From assembly GCF_000039765.1 (NCBI RefSeq), contig NC_004459.3:300001-332000 (forward strand): a stretch of 32,000 bases of DNA. Direction: 5' to 3'. This DNA is from Vibrio vulnificus CMCP6 (GTDB lineage Bacteria; Pseudomonadota; Gammaproteobacteria; Enterobacterales; Vibrionaceae). Of the stretch, positions 9,281 to 19,306 are shown one piece after another. The notes under the pieces were generated by a model, which was given only the letters and a program-made list of their open reading frames with translations, had not been told where the DNA came from and did not search any database. Both the position numbers and the translations under genes were made by a program. The first letter of the stretch is position 1, and each line of letters starts with the position of its first letter.

Positions 9281-10390
9281 TTATTCACACACATACTCAA
9301 CAACATTCAAACCAAAACCGCCAAGGGCATGGTATTTCTTGTTGCTGGAAGAAAGTAGACGCATGTCGTGCACACCTAAGTCTGCAAGAATTTGCGAGCC
9401 GACACCAACACGACGTGAAGTGCCCTGCTTCTTAGCCAATTTAGGCGCCTCTTCTTTGTCTTGAGCTTCAAACATTTTGACGCGATGGATCAGCAGCTCA
9501 GGCGACTCTTCATTCCCTAGAATCACCAAAACGCCCCCTTCTTGGCCAATACGCTTCATCGCTTTATCAAGCGTCCAACTGCGCTCAGCATTGCGATCGC
9601 TGCGCAGTAAATCGGTAAAGGTGTCTTGTAAGTGAACACGAACCAGTGGTGTTTGATCACCCATCGTACCTTTACGCAAAGCAAAGTGAATTTGATTATC
9701 AATGGTGTCGCGGTAGGTCACGAGATCAAACTCACCAAACTCAGTGGGTAGCTTGCACTCAGCAACGCGCTCAATCGTGGTTTCCGTGTTGTTTCGATAC
9801 TCAATCAAATCGGCAATGGTGCCAAGTTTGAGACCATGCTGCTCAGCAAACACTTCCAAATCAGGGCGGCGCGCCATGGTGCCATCGTCATTCAGAATTT
9901 CAACGATAACAGAGGCTGGTTCGAAACCCGCCAAACGAGCAAGGTCGCAGCCCGCCTCAGTATGCCCCGCGCGAGTCAACACGCCACCATCTTGCGCGGC
10001 TAATGGGAAAATGTGCCCCGGTTGCACCAAGTCTGCCGCTTTAGCTTCTTTTGCGACTGCCGCTTGCACGGTACGAGCACGATCCGCTGCTGAAATACCG
10101 GTTGTCACGCCTTCCGCCGCTTCAATGGAAACGGTGAAGTTGGTAGTGTATTGCGCGTTGTTATCTTGCACCATTGGTGGTAATCCAAGACGCTGGCAAC
10201 GCTCTTTGGTCATAGTCAAACAGATCAAACCGCGACCATATTTGGCCATAAAATTGATGGCTTCTGGCGTAATGTGCTCCGCCGCCATAATCAAATCACC
10301 TTCGTTTTCGCGGTCTTCATCGTCCATTAAGATGACCATTTTGCCCAAACGAATGTCTTCAATGATCTCTTGGGGTGTACTGATTGGCAT
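9281..10390 (-). CDS. ribBA: 3,4-dihydroxy-2-butanone-4-phosphate synthase fused to a degenerate GTP cyclohydrolase II-like domain (RibBX-type 'RibBA')
   Basis: The N-terminal half matches RibB ([28 protein letters not shown]). The C-terminal half aligns to RibA, but the zinc-binding region reads [22 protein letters not shown] where E. coli RibA has [22 protein letters not shown]. Start set at the ATG at 10390 ([10 protein letters not shown]). Confidence 0.88.
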   Translation of the reverse strand: MPISTPQEIIEDIRLGKMVILMDDEDRENEGDLIMAAEHITPEAINFMAKYGRGLICLTMTKERCQRLGLPPMVQDNNAQYTTNFTVSIEAAEGVTTGISAADRARTVQAAVAKEAKAADLVQPGHIFPLAAQDGGVLTRAGHTEAGCDLARLAGFEPASVIVEILNDDGTMARRPDLEVFAEQHGLKLGTIADLIEYRNNTETTIERVAECKLPTEFGEFDLVTYRDTIDNQIHFALRKGTMGDQTPLVRVHLQDTFTDLLRSDRNAERSWTLDKAMKRIGQEGGVLVILGNEESPELLIHRVKMFEAQDKEEAPKLAKKQGTSRRVGVGSQILADLGVHDMRLLSSSNKKYHALGGFGLNVVEYVCE

Positions 10391-10487
10391 AGCGATATTT
10401 CCTGTCAATTTAAGCGCTAAAACGCTGATAGACACTAGTCTGATTCATCGTTACCGAGTGTCAACCTGTGGGCTAACATTCTGTGAA

Positions 10488-11144
10488 CTAAGCAAAACCA
10501 TTCTGTTGCAAGAATTCCATGGTGATGCGGGACTCGTCATTGGATTGTGCTTGTTGACCAAGTAGCAAACGTTCCATGTAACGAGCAAGAACATCCACTT
10601 CCAAGTTAACTTTGCGCCCCACTTGGAAATCATTAATCGTGGTTTCGTCCCCCGTATGAGGAACGATGGTGAGTTTAAACGCATTCTTGCGTAGATCATT
10701 CACGGTCAAACTGATCCCATCAACGGTGATTGAGCCTTTTTCCGCAACGTATTTACTCAAGCTCTCAGGCATTGCGACCCAAAACTCGATAGCACGACCA
10801 ACCTGATTACGCTCAACAATTTCACCAACGCCATCCACATGGCCAGAAACAATATGCCCGCCAAAACGGGTGGTAGGCAGCATCGCTTTCTCGAGATTGA
10901 CCTTGTCACCCACTTGATAATTGGCAAAGCCCGTTTTCTTTAAAGACTCTAACGAGAGATCGGCACTGTAATGACGGTCTGAAAAATCAATCACCGTCAG
11001 GCAAACACCATTCGTGGCAATACTGTCGCCCAACTTAACGTCCGACATATCGAGCTTGCCTGTGTTAACCGTTACGGTAATGTCTTCCCCTCTTGGGGTA
11101 ATCGCAGCCAAGGTTCCAACTGCTTCGATAATTCCTGTGAACAT
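10488..11144 (-). CDS. ribE: Riboflavin synthase (alpha chain)
   Basis: MFTGIIEAVG... and the internal duplicated lumazine-binding repeat (second repeat GHIVSGHVDGVG) are typical of riboflavin synthase. 218 aa. The start codon lies 1 nt after the ribD stop. Confidence 0.92.
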   Translation of the reverse strand: MFTGIIEAVGTLAAITPRGEDITVTVNTGKLDMSDVKLGDSIATNGVCLTVIDFSDRHYSADLSLESLKKTGFANYQVGDKVNLEKAMLPTTRFGGHIVSGHVDGVGEIVERNQVGRAIEFWVAMPESLSKYVAEKGSITVDGISLTVNDLRKNAFKLTIVPHTGDETTINDFQVGRKVNLEVDVLARYMERLLLGQQAQSNDESRITMEFLQQNGFA

Positions 11145-11145
11145 A

Positions 11146-12252
11146 TCAACTTTCTTTTGCTTTGATGTGTGCAATGATGCGGATATCCGGCCCAACCATT
11201 CGCACATCTTTAATGTCTAAATCGATCACTTGCGACATGGCTTGCAAACCCAGCGCACCCATCAATCCACGTCCATCGCTGCCCATCAGTTTTGGGGCAA
11301 GGTAAACAATCAGTTCGTCCACCAACTGGTGTTTTATCAGTCCAGCGGCCAGCGTTGCTCCCGCTTCAACCCAAAGATGGTTAATTAACTGCGTTTGACT
11401 CAGTTGCGCGAACAGTTGCGGCAAATCGATCTGTCCGTGCTCATCCAAAGGTGCAGGGAGATCGCCTTTGGGACCAACAATGAGTCGCTCACCCTCGGTT
11501 TGGTAAAGTTTTAGCTCCGGCGAAAGCTCGGCTTGTCTGTCTAACACAACACGAGTGGGCTGACGCAGCTGCTCTTGCGGTAAAGCGCGTTGCACAGATG
11601 AAGGTAACTCGGACCAACGAACATTAAGAGACGCATTGTCAGCGAGCACCGTTTTACTGGTGGACAAAATCGCCCCTGATTGCGCCCGAAAACGTTGCAC
11701 ATCTCGGCGAGCTTGTGGAGAGGTGATCCACTGACTCTTGCCATTGGCTAAAGCCGTTTGACCATCGAGGGACGCGGCCATTTTGAGTTGAACAAACGGC
11801 ATGCCCATTTTCATTCGCTTAATAAAAGCAGGATTCAGTGCTTCTGCTTCTGCTTGAAGTAGGCCCACCGATACCTCGATCCCTGCCTCTCGCAACATGG
11901 CAAAACCTCTCCCCGCGACTTGGGGGTTTGGGTCTTCCATTGCACACACCACTCGGCTTACCCCAGCTTTAATTAAGCCTTCCGCACACGGGGGCGTTCG
12001 ACCATAGTGTGAACAAGGCTCTAGCGTGACATAAGCGGTCGCACCTTTGGCTTTGTCACCAGCCATGCGCATCGCGTGCACTTCCGCATGAGGCTCGCCA
12101 GCGCGAAAGTGAAAACCTTCTCCGACAATTTCGCCGTCGCGCAGTAAGACACAACCAACATTAGGATTAGGTGCGGTGGTATAGAGGCCGCGTTTCGCCA
12201 AAGCAATGGCGCGCAGCATCATTTGTCTATCGATTGCAGTAAATTCCGACAT
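11146..12252 (-). CDS. ribD: Bifunctional diaminohydroxyphosphoribosylaminopyrimidine deaminase / 5-amino-6-(5-phosphoribosylamino)uracil reductase
   Basis: 368 aa. Has the CDA-type zinc motif HAEVHAM...PCSHYGRTPPC followed by the reductase domain. Shows the conserved nrdR-ribD order. Confidence 0.93.
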   Translation of the reverse strand: MSEFTAIDRQMMLRAIALAKRGLYTTAPNPNVGCVLLRDGEIVGEGFHFRAGEPHAEVHAMRMAGDKAKGATAYVTLEPCSHYGRTPPCAEGLIKAGVSRVVCAMEDPNPQVAGRGFAMLREAGIEVSVGLLQAEAEALNPAFIKRMKMGMPFVQLKMAASLDGQTALANGKSQWITSPQARRDVQRFRAQSGAILSTSKTVLADNASLNVRWSELPSSVQRALPQEQLRQPTRVVLDRQAELSPELKLYQTEGERLIVGPKGDLPAPLDEHGQIDLPQLFAQLSQTQLINHLWVEAGATLAAGLIKHQLVDELIVYLAPKLMGSDGRGLMGALGLQAMSQVIDLDIKDVRMVGPDIRIIAHIKAKES

Positions 12253-12271
12253 GGTGAACCGTTACCTTGCG

Positions 12272-12721
12272 TTAATCTTCCAATCTGGCGATTTCCTCAC
12301 CAAATTCACGAATATCTTCAAAACTACGGTATACGGAAGCAAAGCGAATATAGGCCACTTTGTCTAAATCTTTGAGCTGTTCCATCACCAAGTTGCCGAT
12401 CATTTTGCTCGGCACTTCACGCTCGCCAGTGGCACGTAATTTGGATTTGATCATGCTGATCGCCAATTCAATTGCATCGGCACTGACAGGACGTTTCTCT
12501 AAAGCACGCTGAATACCACCAACCATCTTGTCTTCATTGAACGGCTCACGGTTGCCATTGGATTTGATCACCTTTGGCATTAACAACTCCGCGGTTTCAA
12601 ACGTGGTAAAACGTTCGTTACAGGCGAGGCACTGACGACGGCGACGTACTTGATGACCATCGGCCACCAAACGCGAATCAATTACTTTGGTGTCATTTTC
12701 TGAACAGAAAGGACAATGCAT
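12272..12721 (-). CDS. nrdR: Transcriptional repressor NrdR
   Basis: [19 protein letters not shown]...[12 protein letters not shown] zinc ribbon plus an ATP-cone. 149 aa. The ATG at 12721 is preceded by GGGAGG. The track's TTG extension was removed. Confidence 0.93.
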
Positions 12722-12852
12722 ATCACCTCCCAATGATGCATAGATCCATCTGCACGCTATTGCGAATATCCGTGGTAATACAGCGCATCACGGCGGCAAA
12801 GCAGGTGCAGAACTTGCGGCTAGTTTAGCGGAATTGCTAGGCCGAATAAAAC

Positions 12853-12877
12853 AAAAAGGGGCGTGATGCCCCTTTTT
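12853..12877 (-). terminator. Rho-independent terminator after proA (symmetric A/T flanks)
   Basis: AAAAA-GGGGC-GTGAT-GCCCC-TTTTT, 45 nt downstream of the proA stop on the minus strand. Confidence 0.75.
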
Positions 12878-12921
12878 CAAAACGGTTTAGACCGGATATG
12901 TTAACTCAAACTCGATTACGC

Positions 12922-14172
12922 TTACGCGCGTGAAAGGTAATTCGCCTTGCCAACCCATTTGTAACTGGTTAACTCTTCTAATCCCATTGGACCACGTGCG
13001 TGCAATTTCTGAGTAGACACCGCCACTTCTGCGCCCAAACCAAATTGTGCGCCATCGGTAAAGCGTGTCGATGCGTTGACATACACCGCCGCAGAGCCCG
13101 CCGAGTTGATAAACAACTCAGCATTTTGCAGATGGTTCGTCATGATGGCATCAGAGTGACTCGCGTTATGTTCACGCATGTGGTCGATCGCTTCTTGCAC
13201 ATCCGCAACCACTTTAACTCCCAGCGTGTAACTCAACCATTCGGTATCAAAATCACCATCACTCGCATCACGCACCTGTTCAGCTTTAGTCATGTACGCT
13301 TTGGCTTTTGGCTCAACAACAAAAGTCACTTTGCCATTGAGTTTTGCCACCAGCATCGGAAGAAACTGCTCTGCGATACGCTCATGAACAAGTAAGGTAT
13401 CCAGCGCATTACAAGCGGAAGGACGCTGAGCTTTTGCATTCTCCACCACATCCACGCTTTTCGCGAGATCAGCCGTTTCATCAACAAAAATATGGCTGAT
13501 ACCGAAACCACCAATGATCACAGGGATGGTGCTGTTCTCTTTACACATTTTGTGCAGCCCCGCGCCACCACGAGGGATGATCATGTCAACGTAATCGTCC
13601 AGTTTCAGCAATTGAGTGACCAGCTCACGATCCGGTTTTTCAATGTACTGCACCGATGCCGCTGGCAAGCCAGCTTTCGCTAACGCCGATTGAATCACCT
13701 TCACCAACTCCATGTTGGAGAAGAAGGTTTCTTTTCCGCCACGTAGGATGCTCGCATTGCCGGTTTTTAGGCACAATGCCGCGATGTCGATAGTGACATT
13801 TGGGCGCGCTTCGTAAATCACACCAACCACGCCAAGCGGCACACGACGGCGTGACAGCTGCATGCCATTTTCCAACACTTTACTGTCGATTTCGCTACCG
13901 ACCGGATCCGTTAGGCTGATCACGTTACGTACATCGTTGGCGATGCCATTCAAGCGAGATTCATTCAAAAGTAAACGATCCAGCATCGCTTCGCTCAAAC
14001 CCGCTTGTCGACCGAGTTCGATATCTTTGCTGTTTGCCGCCAAAATATCCGCCGCATTCGCTTCAAGTTCATCCGCAATGATGGCCAATGCTTTGTTCTT
14101 TTGCGCCGTAGAAGCGGTGGCAAGCTGAAAAGCAGCATCTTTTGCCGCTTTGCCTAATGTGATTAAATCCAC
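12922..14172 (-). CDS. proA: Gamma-glutamyl phosphate reductase
   Basis: 416 aa and colinear with E. coli ProA ([58 protein letters not shown]). GTG start preceded by AGAGGA. Confidence 0.95.
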   Translation of the reverse strand: MDLITLGKAAKDAAFQLATASTAQKNKALAIIADELEANAADILAANSKDIELGRQAGLSEAMLDRLLLNESRLNGIANDVRNVISLTDPVGSEIDSKVLENGMQLSRRRVPLGVVGVIYEARPNVTIDIAALCLKTGNASILRGGKETFFSNMELVKVIQSALAKAGLPAASVQYIEKPDRELVTQLLKLDDYVDMIIPRGGAGLHKMCKENSTIPVIIGGFGISHIFVDETADLAKSVDVVENAKAQRPSACNALDTLLVHERIAEQFLPMLVAKLNGKVTFVVEPKAKAYMTKAEQVRDASDGDFDTEWLSYTLGVKVVADVQEAIDHMREHNASHSDAIMTNHLQNAELFINSAGSAAVYVNASTRFTDGAQFGLGAEVAVSTQKLHARGPMGLEELTSYKWVGKANYLSRA

Positions 14173-14202
14173 TTTGTTGTCCTCTTTGATTCTGGTGAGC
14201 GA

Positions 14203-15341
14203 CTATTCTTGAATGACAACCATGTCGTCACGGTGAATCACTTCTGAACCATAGTCATAGCCCAGAATCGAAATAATGTCTTTGCTGTGCTTACCGGCAA
14301 TTTTCGCCATATCTTGGTTGGAATAACTCGCAATACCTCGCGCAACCAAATGGCCTTGTGCATCCGTTACACGGACCACTTCACCACGAGAAAACTCGCC
14401 AAGTACTTTGGTCACCCCTTTCGCCAACAAACTGCTGCTTTTTCGACCACGGCTTTCACCGCACCTTGGTCAATCACAATATCACCAGAGGCCGCAGGGC
14501 CAGCGAGAATCCAACGCTTGCGGTTTTCCAACGCCTCTTCACAAGGCAAGAAACGGGTTCCTTGAGGGGCTGGGCTCAACGCATCAAAAATGACATTTTG
14601 ACCACGGCCTGCCGCAATGATGACTTCAATGCCAGCACGACGCGCAATGTCCGCAGCTTGGAGCTTTGTTGCCATCCCACCAGTACCTAATGTTGTACCG
14701 CTGCCACCAGCAATTTTACGCAAAGTATCGTCAATGACTTTAACTTCTTTGATCAGCTCAGCATTGGGATCTTTACGCGGATCGGCGGTATACAAGCCTT
14801 TTTGGTCTGTCAGCAACAGTAGTTTATCAGCACCACATAAAATGCCCACCAACGCAGAGAGGTTGTCGTTGTCACCCACTTTGATTTCGCTCGTGGCGAC
14901 GGCGTCATTTTCATTAACGACAGGGATAATGCCGTTATCCACTAACGCGTTAATCGTATCTCGAGCATTGAGAAAACGTTCGCGATCTTCGAGATCCGCT
15001 CGAGTGAGCAACATTTGGCCAATTTTGATGCCATACAGTGCAAATAACGATTCCCAAGTTTGAATCAACTGACTTTGCCCAACCGCAGCAAGCAACTGTT
15101 TGCTTGCCATCGCATTGGGCAGCGCGGGGTAACCTAAGTGCTCACGTCCAGCGGCAATCGCGCCTGACGAGACGACCACCACAGAGTGGCCTTGTTTTTT
15201 TAACTCTGCACATTGGCGCGCAAGCTCAACCATATGAGCGCGATCTAACGCTAATGTACCACCGGTCAATACACTGGTTCCAAGCTTCACAACAATAGTT
15301 TTTGGTTGAGAAGCTGCGACGCTTTGTTGATTCGTTGTCAT
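14203..15341 (-). pseudogene. proB: Glutamate 5-kinase with its reading frame broken by a 1-nt frameshift (or sequencing error) between the kinase and PUA domains
   Basis: Two adjacent track ORFs together make one ProB. ORF 14412-15392 holds the amino-acid-kinase domain (start MTTNQQS at 15341; [15 protein letters not shown]). ORF 14203-14430 holds the PUA domain ([20 protein letters not shown]...HRDDMVV). The span 14203-15341 is 1139 nt, which is not a multiple of 3. The frames switch at GAAAAAGCAGCAGTTTGTTGG (minus strand), where adding 1 nt restores ..VEK(G/S)[12 protein letters not shown]. coli has [14 protein letters not shown] there. Confidence 0.85.
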
Positions 15342-15411
15342 GATGTCTTCTGAAATGAAACACAAAAATAGAGAAGATGTTTTAACAATCAAATGAAGAA
15401 TTCACAAGCAG

Positions 15412-15437
15412 AAAAGGTGCGAAAATCGCACCTTTTT
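15412..15437 (-). terminator. Rho-independent terminator after crl (symmetric A/T flanks)
   Basis: AAAA-GGTGCG-AAAAT-CGCACC-TTTTT, 28 nt downstream of the crl stop. Confidence 0.7.
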
Positions 15438-15464
15438 GATTTAGGTAGTTCCAAGAGGATGAAA

Positions 15465-15854
15465 TCAGACAAATTCCACAGACTGCTCGTGATACGCCAC
15501 GCTTAGCTGAAAATTTTCTTCCAAGGTTTTGACTAATTTGAGGTGAAAACAGTTCTGGGTTTTGTTCACTTCTTCAAGTGCATTTTTAGGAATAGCCAAA
15601 TCGAGCCAGTTCCCTTCAACATCATATTTTCCAATATGATAGTTTGCTGTAAAGCCTCCCTCAGTCGCTTCCAGCTCCATCCACCAGCCCCAAAACTCGC
15701 GCAACTCTGGTGATTTTCGATCATCAATACAAACAGACAAGCAATCAAAGTAGTAAAGCCCTTCCTTAGATTGAGGGTCTCTCAAGTAAGGCCCCATCGC
15801 TCGCAATTTTGCCAATAAACGATTGTGGGTAGGGTTGTTCGTCACTTCTGACAT
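15465..15854 (-). CDS. crl: Sigma-S (RpoS)-binding holoenzyme assembly factor Crl
   Basis: [43 protein letters not shown] parallels E. coli Crl ([43 protein letters not shown]). The ATG at 15854 is preceded by GGAGA. 129 aa. Confidence 0.92.
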   Translation of the reverse strand: MSEVTNNPTHNRLLAKLRAMGPYLRDPQSKEGLYYFDCLSVCIDDRKSPELREFWGWWMELEATEGGFTANYHIGKYDVEGNWLDLAIPKNALEEVNKTQNCFHLKLVKTLEENFQLSVAYHEQSVEFV

Positions 15855-15959
15855 GTGAATCTCCATTTTCTTCAATGTTAAGAATGACAATAATTTTTAT
15901 TTATCATGAGCTTAAATTTTCAGGCTCATATATCACTCTTGACTAAATTAGGAGATTTG

Positions 15960-17207
15960 TCACCTTAAGAGTTCATCTTCCAGCCACTTTATCGCTAAAT
16001 CGAGGGATTGCTCATATCCTTGTGTAATTGTTTTGGAACTGATTTTCTTCGCTTTTCCATAAGTGCTAAAAAAAGCAACCATCTGATTATCCGAATATGG
16101 CGAGACCGGATCCCCTTCTAAGCTCATCGCCAAGATAGGCACCTTGGTTTTACGACTGCTCAAAAAGCCTTGTACTTTCAGTGACCACGCGGCCATTTGC
16201 CCCGATAAGCTGTAAATATCTACCACACTCTTACCTAAACGCGAGGCTAAGACATCGAGATACATCTTCGGCATTTGCTGCAATTTCTGTGGGGAGGCAA
16301 AAATATCATGAATAGGTGCGCCTAAGATAACGCACGCTTTGATCTTTTCTTGCTCAAGGAACGAGAGCCTCACCATGGCGTTACCGCCAAAACGAAAGCC
16401 GATCAAACCCACTCGATGATGATCGACATAAGGAATAGAGAAAAGCTCGTTCAACACCGCTTGGTGAAGGCGACTGTAATCCTCCGTTAATGGGTATTTT
16501 GAGCTGTACCCCACCGATGGCATGTCTACTGTCAACATGGCAATATCGTGCTTGGCAAGGTGATCTCGAAATAGACGCCACATGTCGGTTTGCAGACTGT
16601 CTAATCCCGCACTCACAATAACCACAGGATGCGGTTTATCCGTATTGGTCAGATGCAAGTGCGCGGTGATCTTCCCTTTCTCAAATGGGATCTCGAGCTG
16701 CTTAATGATGTATTTGCTTTTTTTCGCGGCTTCAAGATAAGCGCTGTTGGCCAAAACTTGTGCTTGAATGGCCAAATTATCGCTCTTGAGGTGTGGGTAA
16801 CCTGCGATGCTGTAACACAAGGATGCGGAGAAGAGCGCTTCCGATGCTGCTTCATTCGTCATCTCACCGGCACGCTTTTGATGCTCCATACCGAGCCTCG
16901 TCCATTCATAAGCCCAGTTACCACTGTGATATCCCATCACCGTATCGAGCCATTGCTCATCAGTGCGTGAATGTTTGGAAGAGGCAATACGAGCCAATAC
17001 TTGTTCTTGCTCAATAGGATCGACACCTTGCCACACCCATTGCAAGCGACGAAGGTTGCGATACCAAGAAAAACCATTCTTCTCTTTAATTTCATCAAGT
17101 AAGGATTGGCTGGTCGGCATGTATTGAGTCAATGCCGAGGTTTCTTTGGCTTGCTTATGTTTGACAAATAGCGTTTCTGACAGGTTTTTGCTGACTTCTT
17201 CTGACAT
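15960..17207 (-). CDS. frsA: FrsA (fermentation/respiration switch protein; alpha/beta-hydrolase fold esterase)
   Basis: From the ATG at 17207 the protein reads MSEEVSKNLSETLF..WYRNLRRLQWVWQGVDP..GNWAYEW, which parallels E. coli FrsA (ANLSETLF..WYRMINRLMWIWRGIDP..GNWIYEW). 415 aa. Shows the conserved gpt-frsA-crl order. Confidence 0.92.
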   Translation of the reverse strand: MSEEVSKNLSETLFVKHKQAKETSALTQYMPTSQSLLDEIKEKNGFSWYRNLRRLQWVWQGVDPIEQEQVLARIASSKHSRTDEQWLDTVMGYHSGNWAYEWTRLGMEHQKRAGEMTNEAASEALFSASLCYSIAGYPHLKSDNLAIQAQVLANSAYLEAAKKSKYIIKQLEIPFEKGKITAHLHLTNTDKPHPVVIVSAGLDSLQTDMWRLFRDHLAKHDIAMLTVDMPSVGYSSKYPLTEDYSRLHQAVLNELFSIPYVDHHRVGLIGFRFGGNAMVRLSFLEQEKIKACVILGAPIHDIFASPQKLQQMPKMYLDVLASRLGKSVVDIYSLSGQMAAWSLKVQGFLSSRKTKVPILAMSLEGDPVSPYSDNQMVAFFSTYGKAKKISSKTITQGYEQSLDLAIKWLEDELLR

Positions 17208-17321
17208 ATTCGGGCTCAGAGTGACATTCCAAAAGACTAAAAAACAAATACGGCTCAGTGGCTTAATACTCTTTCCATGCAAGAGTGTGTGCGCCTAAAA
17301 GCCAAATCAGTATAACAGTAT

Positions 17322-17349
17322 AAAAAAAAATGACCCGTAAAAGGGTCAT
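17322..17349 (-). terminator. Rho-independent terminator after gpt
   Basis: ATGACCC-GTAAAA-GGGTCAT. On the minus strand it is followed by a run of nine U. It lies 21 nt downstream of the gpt stop. Confidence 0.8.
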
Positions 17350-17369
17350 TCTCTCAACAAAATCAGGAT

Positions 17370-17834
17370 TTACTTCTGCTTTCGGTTTACTGGTTCAGCG
17401 TAAGCCAATGCCATATCCCATGGCTGCTCAATCCAAGTATCTTGAGCGATGTCGACGACATAATCATCCAACAACTCTTTACCAGAAGGTTTTGCACAAA
17501 CCGCAATCAGTTTCGCTTTAGGGTACATTTCACGCAGTTTACGCGCGGTGTCACCGCTATCAACTAGATCTTCAACGATTAGGTAGCCTTCGCCGTCACC
17601 TTCCGGTGCTTTCAGTACAGTCATATCACGTTGATGATCGTGGTCATAGCTGGAAATACAGATGGTGTCGACATAGCGAATACCTAGCTCACGAGCCAGA
17701 ATAGCCCCAGGAACCAAACCACCACGGCTCACTGCCCAAATGCCTTTCCATTGGTCTGCTGGCATCTGTTTTTCAGCAAGTTGACGGCAGTAAGTTTGCA
17801 TGGCGTCCCAGGTAATAACGAATTTGTTGCTCAT
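17370..17834 (-). CDS. gpt: Xanthine-guanine phosphoribosyltransferase
   Basis: 154 aa. [20 protein letters not shown]... and the PRPP-binding loop [13 protein letters not shown] are colinear with E. coli Gpt. Confidence 0.95.
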   Translation of the reverse strand: MSNKFVITWDAMQTYCRQLAEKQMPADQWKGIWAVSRGGLVPGAILARELGIRYVDTICISSYDHDHQRDMTVLKAPEGDGEGYLIVEDLVDSGDTARKLREMYPKAKLIAVCAKPSGKELLDDYVVDIAQDTWIEQPWDMALAYAEPVNRKQK

Positions 17835-17882
17835 TGTAATAACCTAATTATTTGAAAAATCTATTGTCCCAAACAGACAACA

Positions 17883-17904
17883 GGCTCTCATAAAGATGAG
17901 AGCC
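17883..17904 (-). terminator. Possible terminator hairpin after the purine permease gene
   Basis: 9-bp stem GGCTCTCAT-AAAG-ATGAGAGCC. The downstream minus-strand tract CUGUUGUCUGUUU is only moderately U-rich. Confidence 0.45.
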
Positions 17905-17978
17905 CGAAACGTAACAGAAAGTTTGGGTATCGAGCTGCGCAAACGATTATTCTACCGGAACGCAACTCTAAAAGCTAT

Positions 17979-19268
17979 TTAAGCCACCAGATACTTGATG
18001 ATAAAAATAGCCGACATAATCCAGACGCTGAGTGAAACATCACGCCCTTTTCCGCTGAACAATTTAATGGCAGCGTACGCGATGAAACCTAAAGAAATCC
18101 CTTCTGCAATCGAGAAAGTCAGTGGCATCAGCAAGCATGTCACAACAACAGGAGCCGCCTCGGTTAAGTCGCGCCAATCAATGCTGACCAATCCAGAAAG
18201 CATCAAAATTGCCACGTAGAACAGGGCACCCGCTGTTGCGTACGCGGGAATCATGCCTGCCAGTGGTGAGAAGAACAGTGCCAATAGGAATAGCACACCC
18301 ACGACAACCGCCGTTAAACCTGTACGGCCACCAGCCGCCACACCAGAGACACTTTCGATGTAAGACGTTGTGTTTGATGTCCCTAGTAGCGCACCTACAG
18401 AAGTCGCTGTTGAGTCAGCCAGCAGTGCTTTGTTCAAACGTGGCAGTTTGCCATCTTTCTCAATCAGGTTCGCTTTGGTTGCAACACCCACGAGCGTGCC
18501 CGCTGTGTCGAACAAGTCAACGAACAAGAAAGCAAACACCACTGAAATCATGCCTACTTCAAATACCGCAGAGAAGTCCAGTTGCATGAACGTAGGCGCA
18601 ATACTTGGTGGGGTTGACATCACACCCGCCCATTGGACATCACCAAACACCAAACCAAGTGCCGTCACAGCTAAGATCGCAATCATTACTGCCCCTTTCA
18701 CACCACGGTGAACCAGTGCAATAGTCAAAAAGAAACCAAAAGCCGCCAGAGCTGGTGCGAGAGAAGTGATATCGCCAAGAGAAACAAACGTCGCAGGATT
18801 ATCAACAACAATGCCTGCATTTTTCAGAGCAATGAACGCAAGGAACAAGCCGATACCCGCTGAGATCCCCGTTCTCAAAGAGAGCGGAATCGAGTTGATG
18901 ATCCACTCACGAATTTTGAAGATGCTCAACAGGATAAAAAGCACACCCGACACAAATACGGCCGCCAATGCGACTTGCCAGGTGTATCCCATTCCCAGAA
19001 CAACCGCGTAGGTAAAGAAGGCATTTAAGCCCATACCTGGCGCCTGTGCGATTGGGTAGTTGGCAAGTAGACCCATAATGAAACAGCCAATTGCTGCGGC
19101 AAGACAGGTAGCAACAAACACGGCACCACGGTCCATTCCCGCATCAGCTAGAATCGCTGGGTTAACAAAAATGATGTAAGCCATCGTCAAGAAGGTAGTA
19201 ATACCTGCAATGATCTCAGTGCGCACATTTGTGCCATGTTCGCTGAGTTTAAATAGCCTTTCGAGCAT
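17979..19268 (-). CDS. NCS2/AzgA-family purine (adenine/hypoxanthine/guanine) permease
   Basis: 429-aa polytopic membrane protein. The N-terminus LERLFKLSEHGTNVRTEIIAGITTFLTMAYIIFVNPAIL is typical of the AzgA-like branch (E. coli AdeP/GhxP/AdeQ group). Substrate cannot be assigned from sequence alone. Confidence 0.88.
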   Translation of the reverse strand: MLERLFKLSEHGTNVRTEIIAGITTFLTMAYIIFVNPAILADAGMDRGAVFVATCLAAAIGCFIMGLLANYPIAQAPGMGLNAFFTYAVVLGMGYTWQVALAAVFVSGVLFILLSIFKIREWIINSIPLSLRTGISAGIGLFLAFIALKNAGIVVDNPATFVSLGDITSLAPALAAFGFFLTIALVHRGVKGAVMIAILAVTALGLVFGDVQWAGVMSTPPSIAPTFMQLDFSAVFEVGMISVVFAFLFVDLFDTAGTLVGVATKANLIEKDGKLPRLNKALLADSTATSVGALLGTSNTTSYIESVSGVAAGGRTGLTAVVVGVLFLLALFFSPLAGMIPAYATAGALFYVAILMLSGLVSIDWRDLTEAAPVVVTCLLMPLTFSIAEGISLGFIAYAAIKLFSGKGRDVSLSVWIMSAIFIIKYLVA

Positions 19269-19290
19269 GATCGAATCCTGTAAAGGTAAA

Positions 19291-19306
19291 AAGTAAACGG
19301 TTGCGT
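19291..19306 (-). promoter_or_regulatory. PurR-box-like operator in front of the purine permease gene
   Basis: The minus strand reads ACGCAACCGTTTACTT against the PurR consensus ACGCAAACGTTTGCGT (3 mismatches, central CG kept). It lies 23 nt upstream of the ATG and 16 nt downstream of a TATAAT at 19323-19328. Confidence 0.55.

Noticed and set aside
9744-10565. A 273-aa + strand ORF, plus similar long ORFs at 2768-3379 (203 aa), 14617-15063 and 4998-5459.
   Set aside because: All lie antisense to, or out of frame with, strongly supported genes (ribBA, pomA, proB, dxs). Their Ser/Ala/Arg/Pro-rich composition has no homology. These are shadow ORFs caused by the codon bias of the real genes.
14203-14430. 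The 75-aa ORF considered as an independent small gene with a TTG start.
   Set aside because: Its sequence is the PUA domain of glutamate 5-kinase and continues the upstream ORF after a 1-nt shift. It is reported as part of a frameshifted proB instead.
15891-15959. A hairpin, ATGAGC-12nt-GCTCAT, after frsA as a possible terminator.
   Set aside because: The stem is only 6 bp with a large loop, and no U-tract follows on the minus strand. That is not enough to call.
17936-17951. A PurR half-site-like sequence, GCGCAAACGATTATTC, between the permease gene and gpt.
   Set aside because: Only the left half matches, and the right half has about 3 mismatches. It lies just after the permease stop and upstream of that gene's terminator hairpin, not in the gpt promoter-proximal segment. 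It is probably a chance match.
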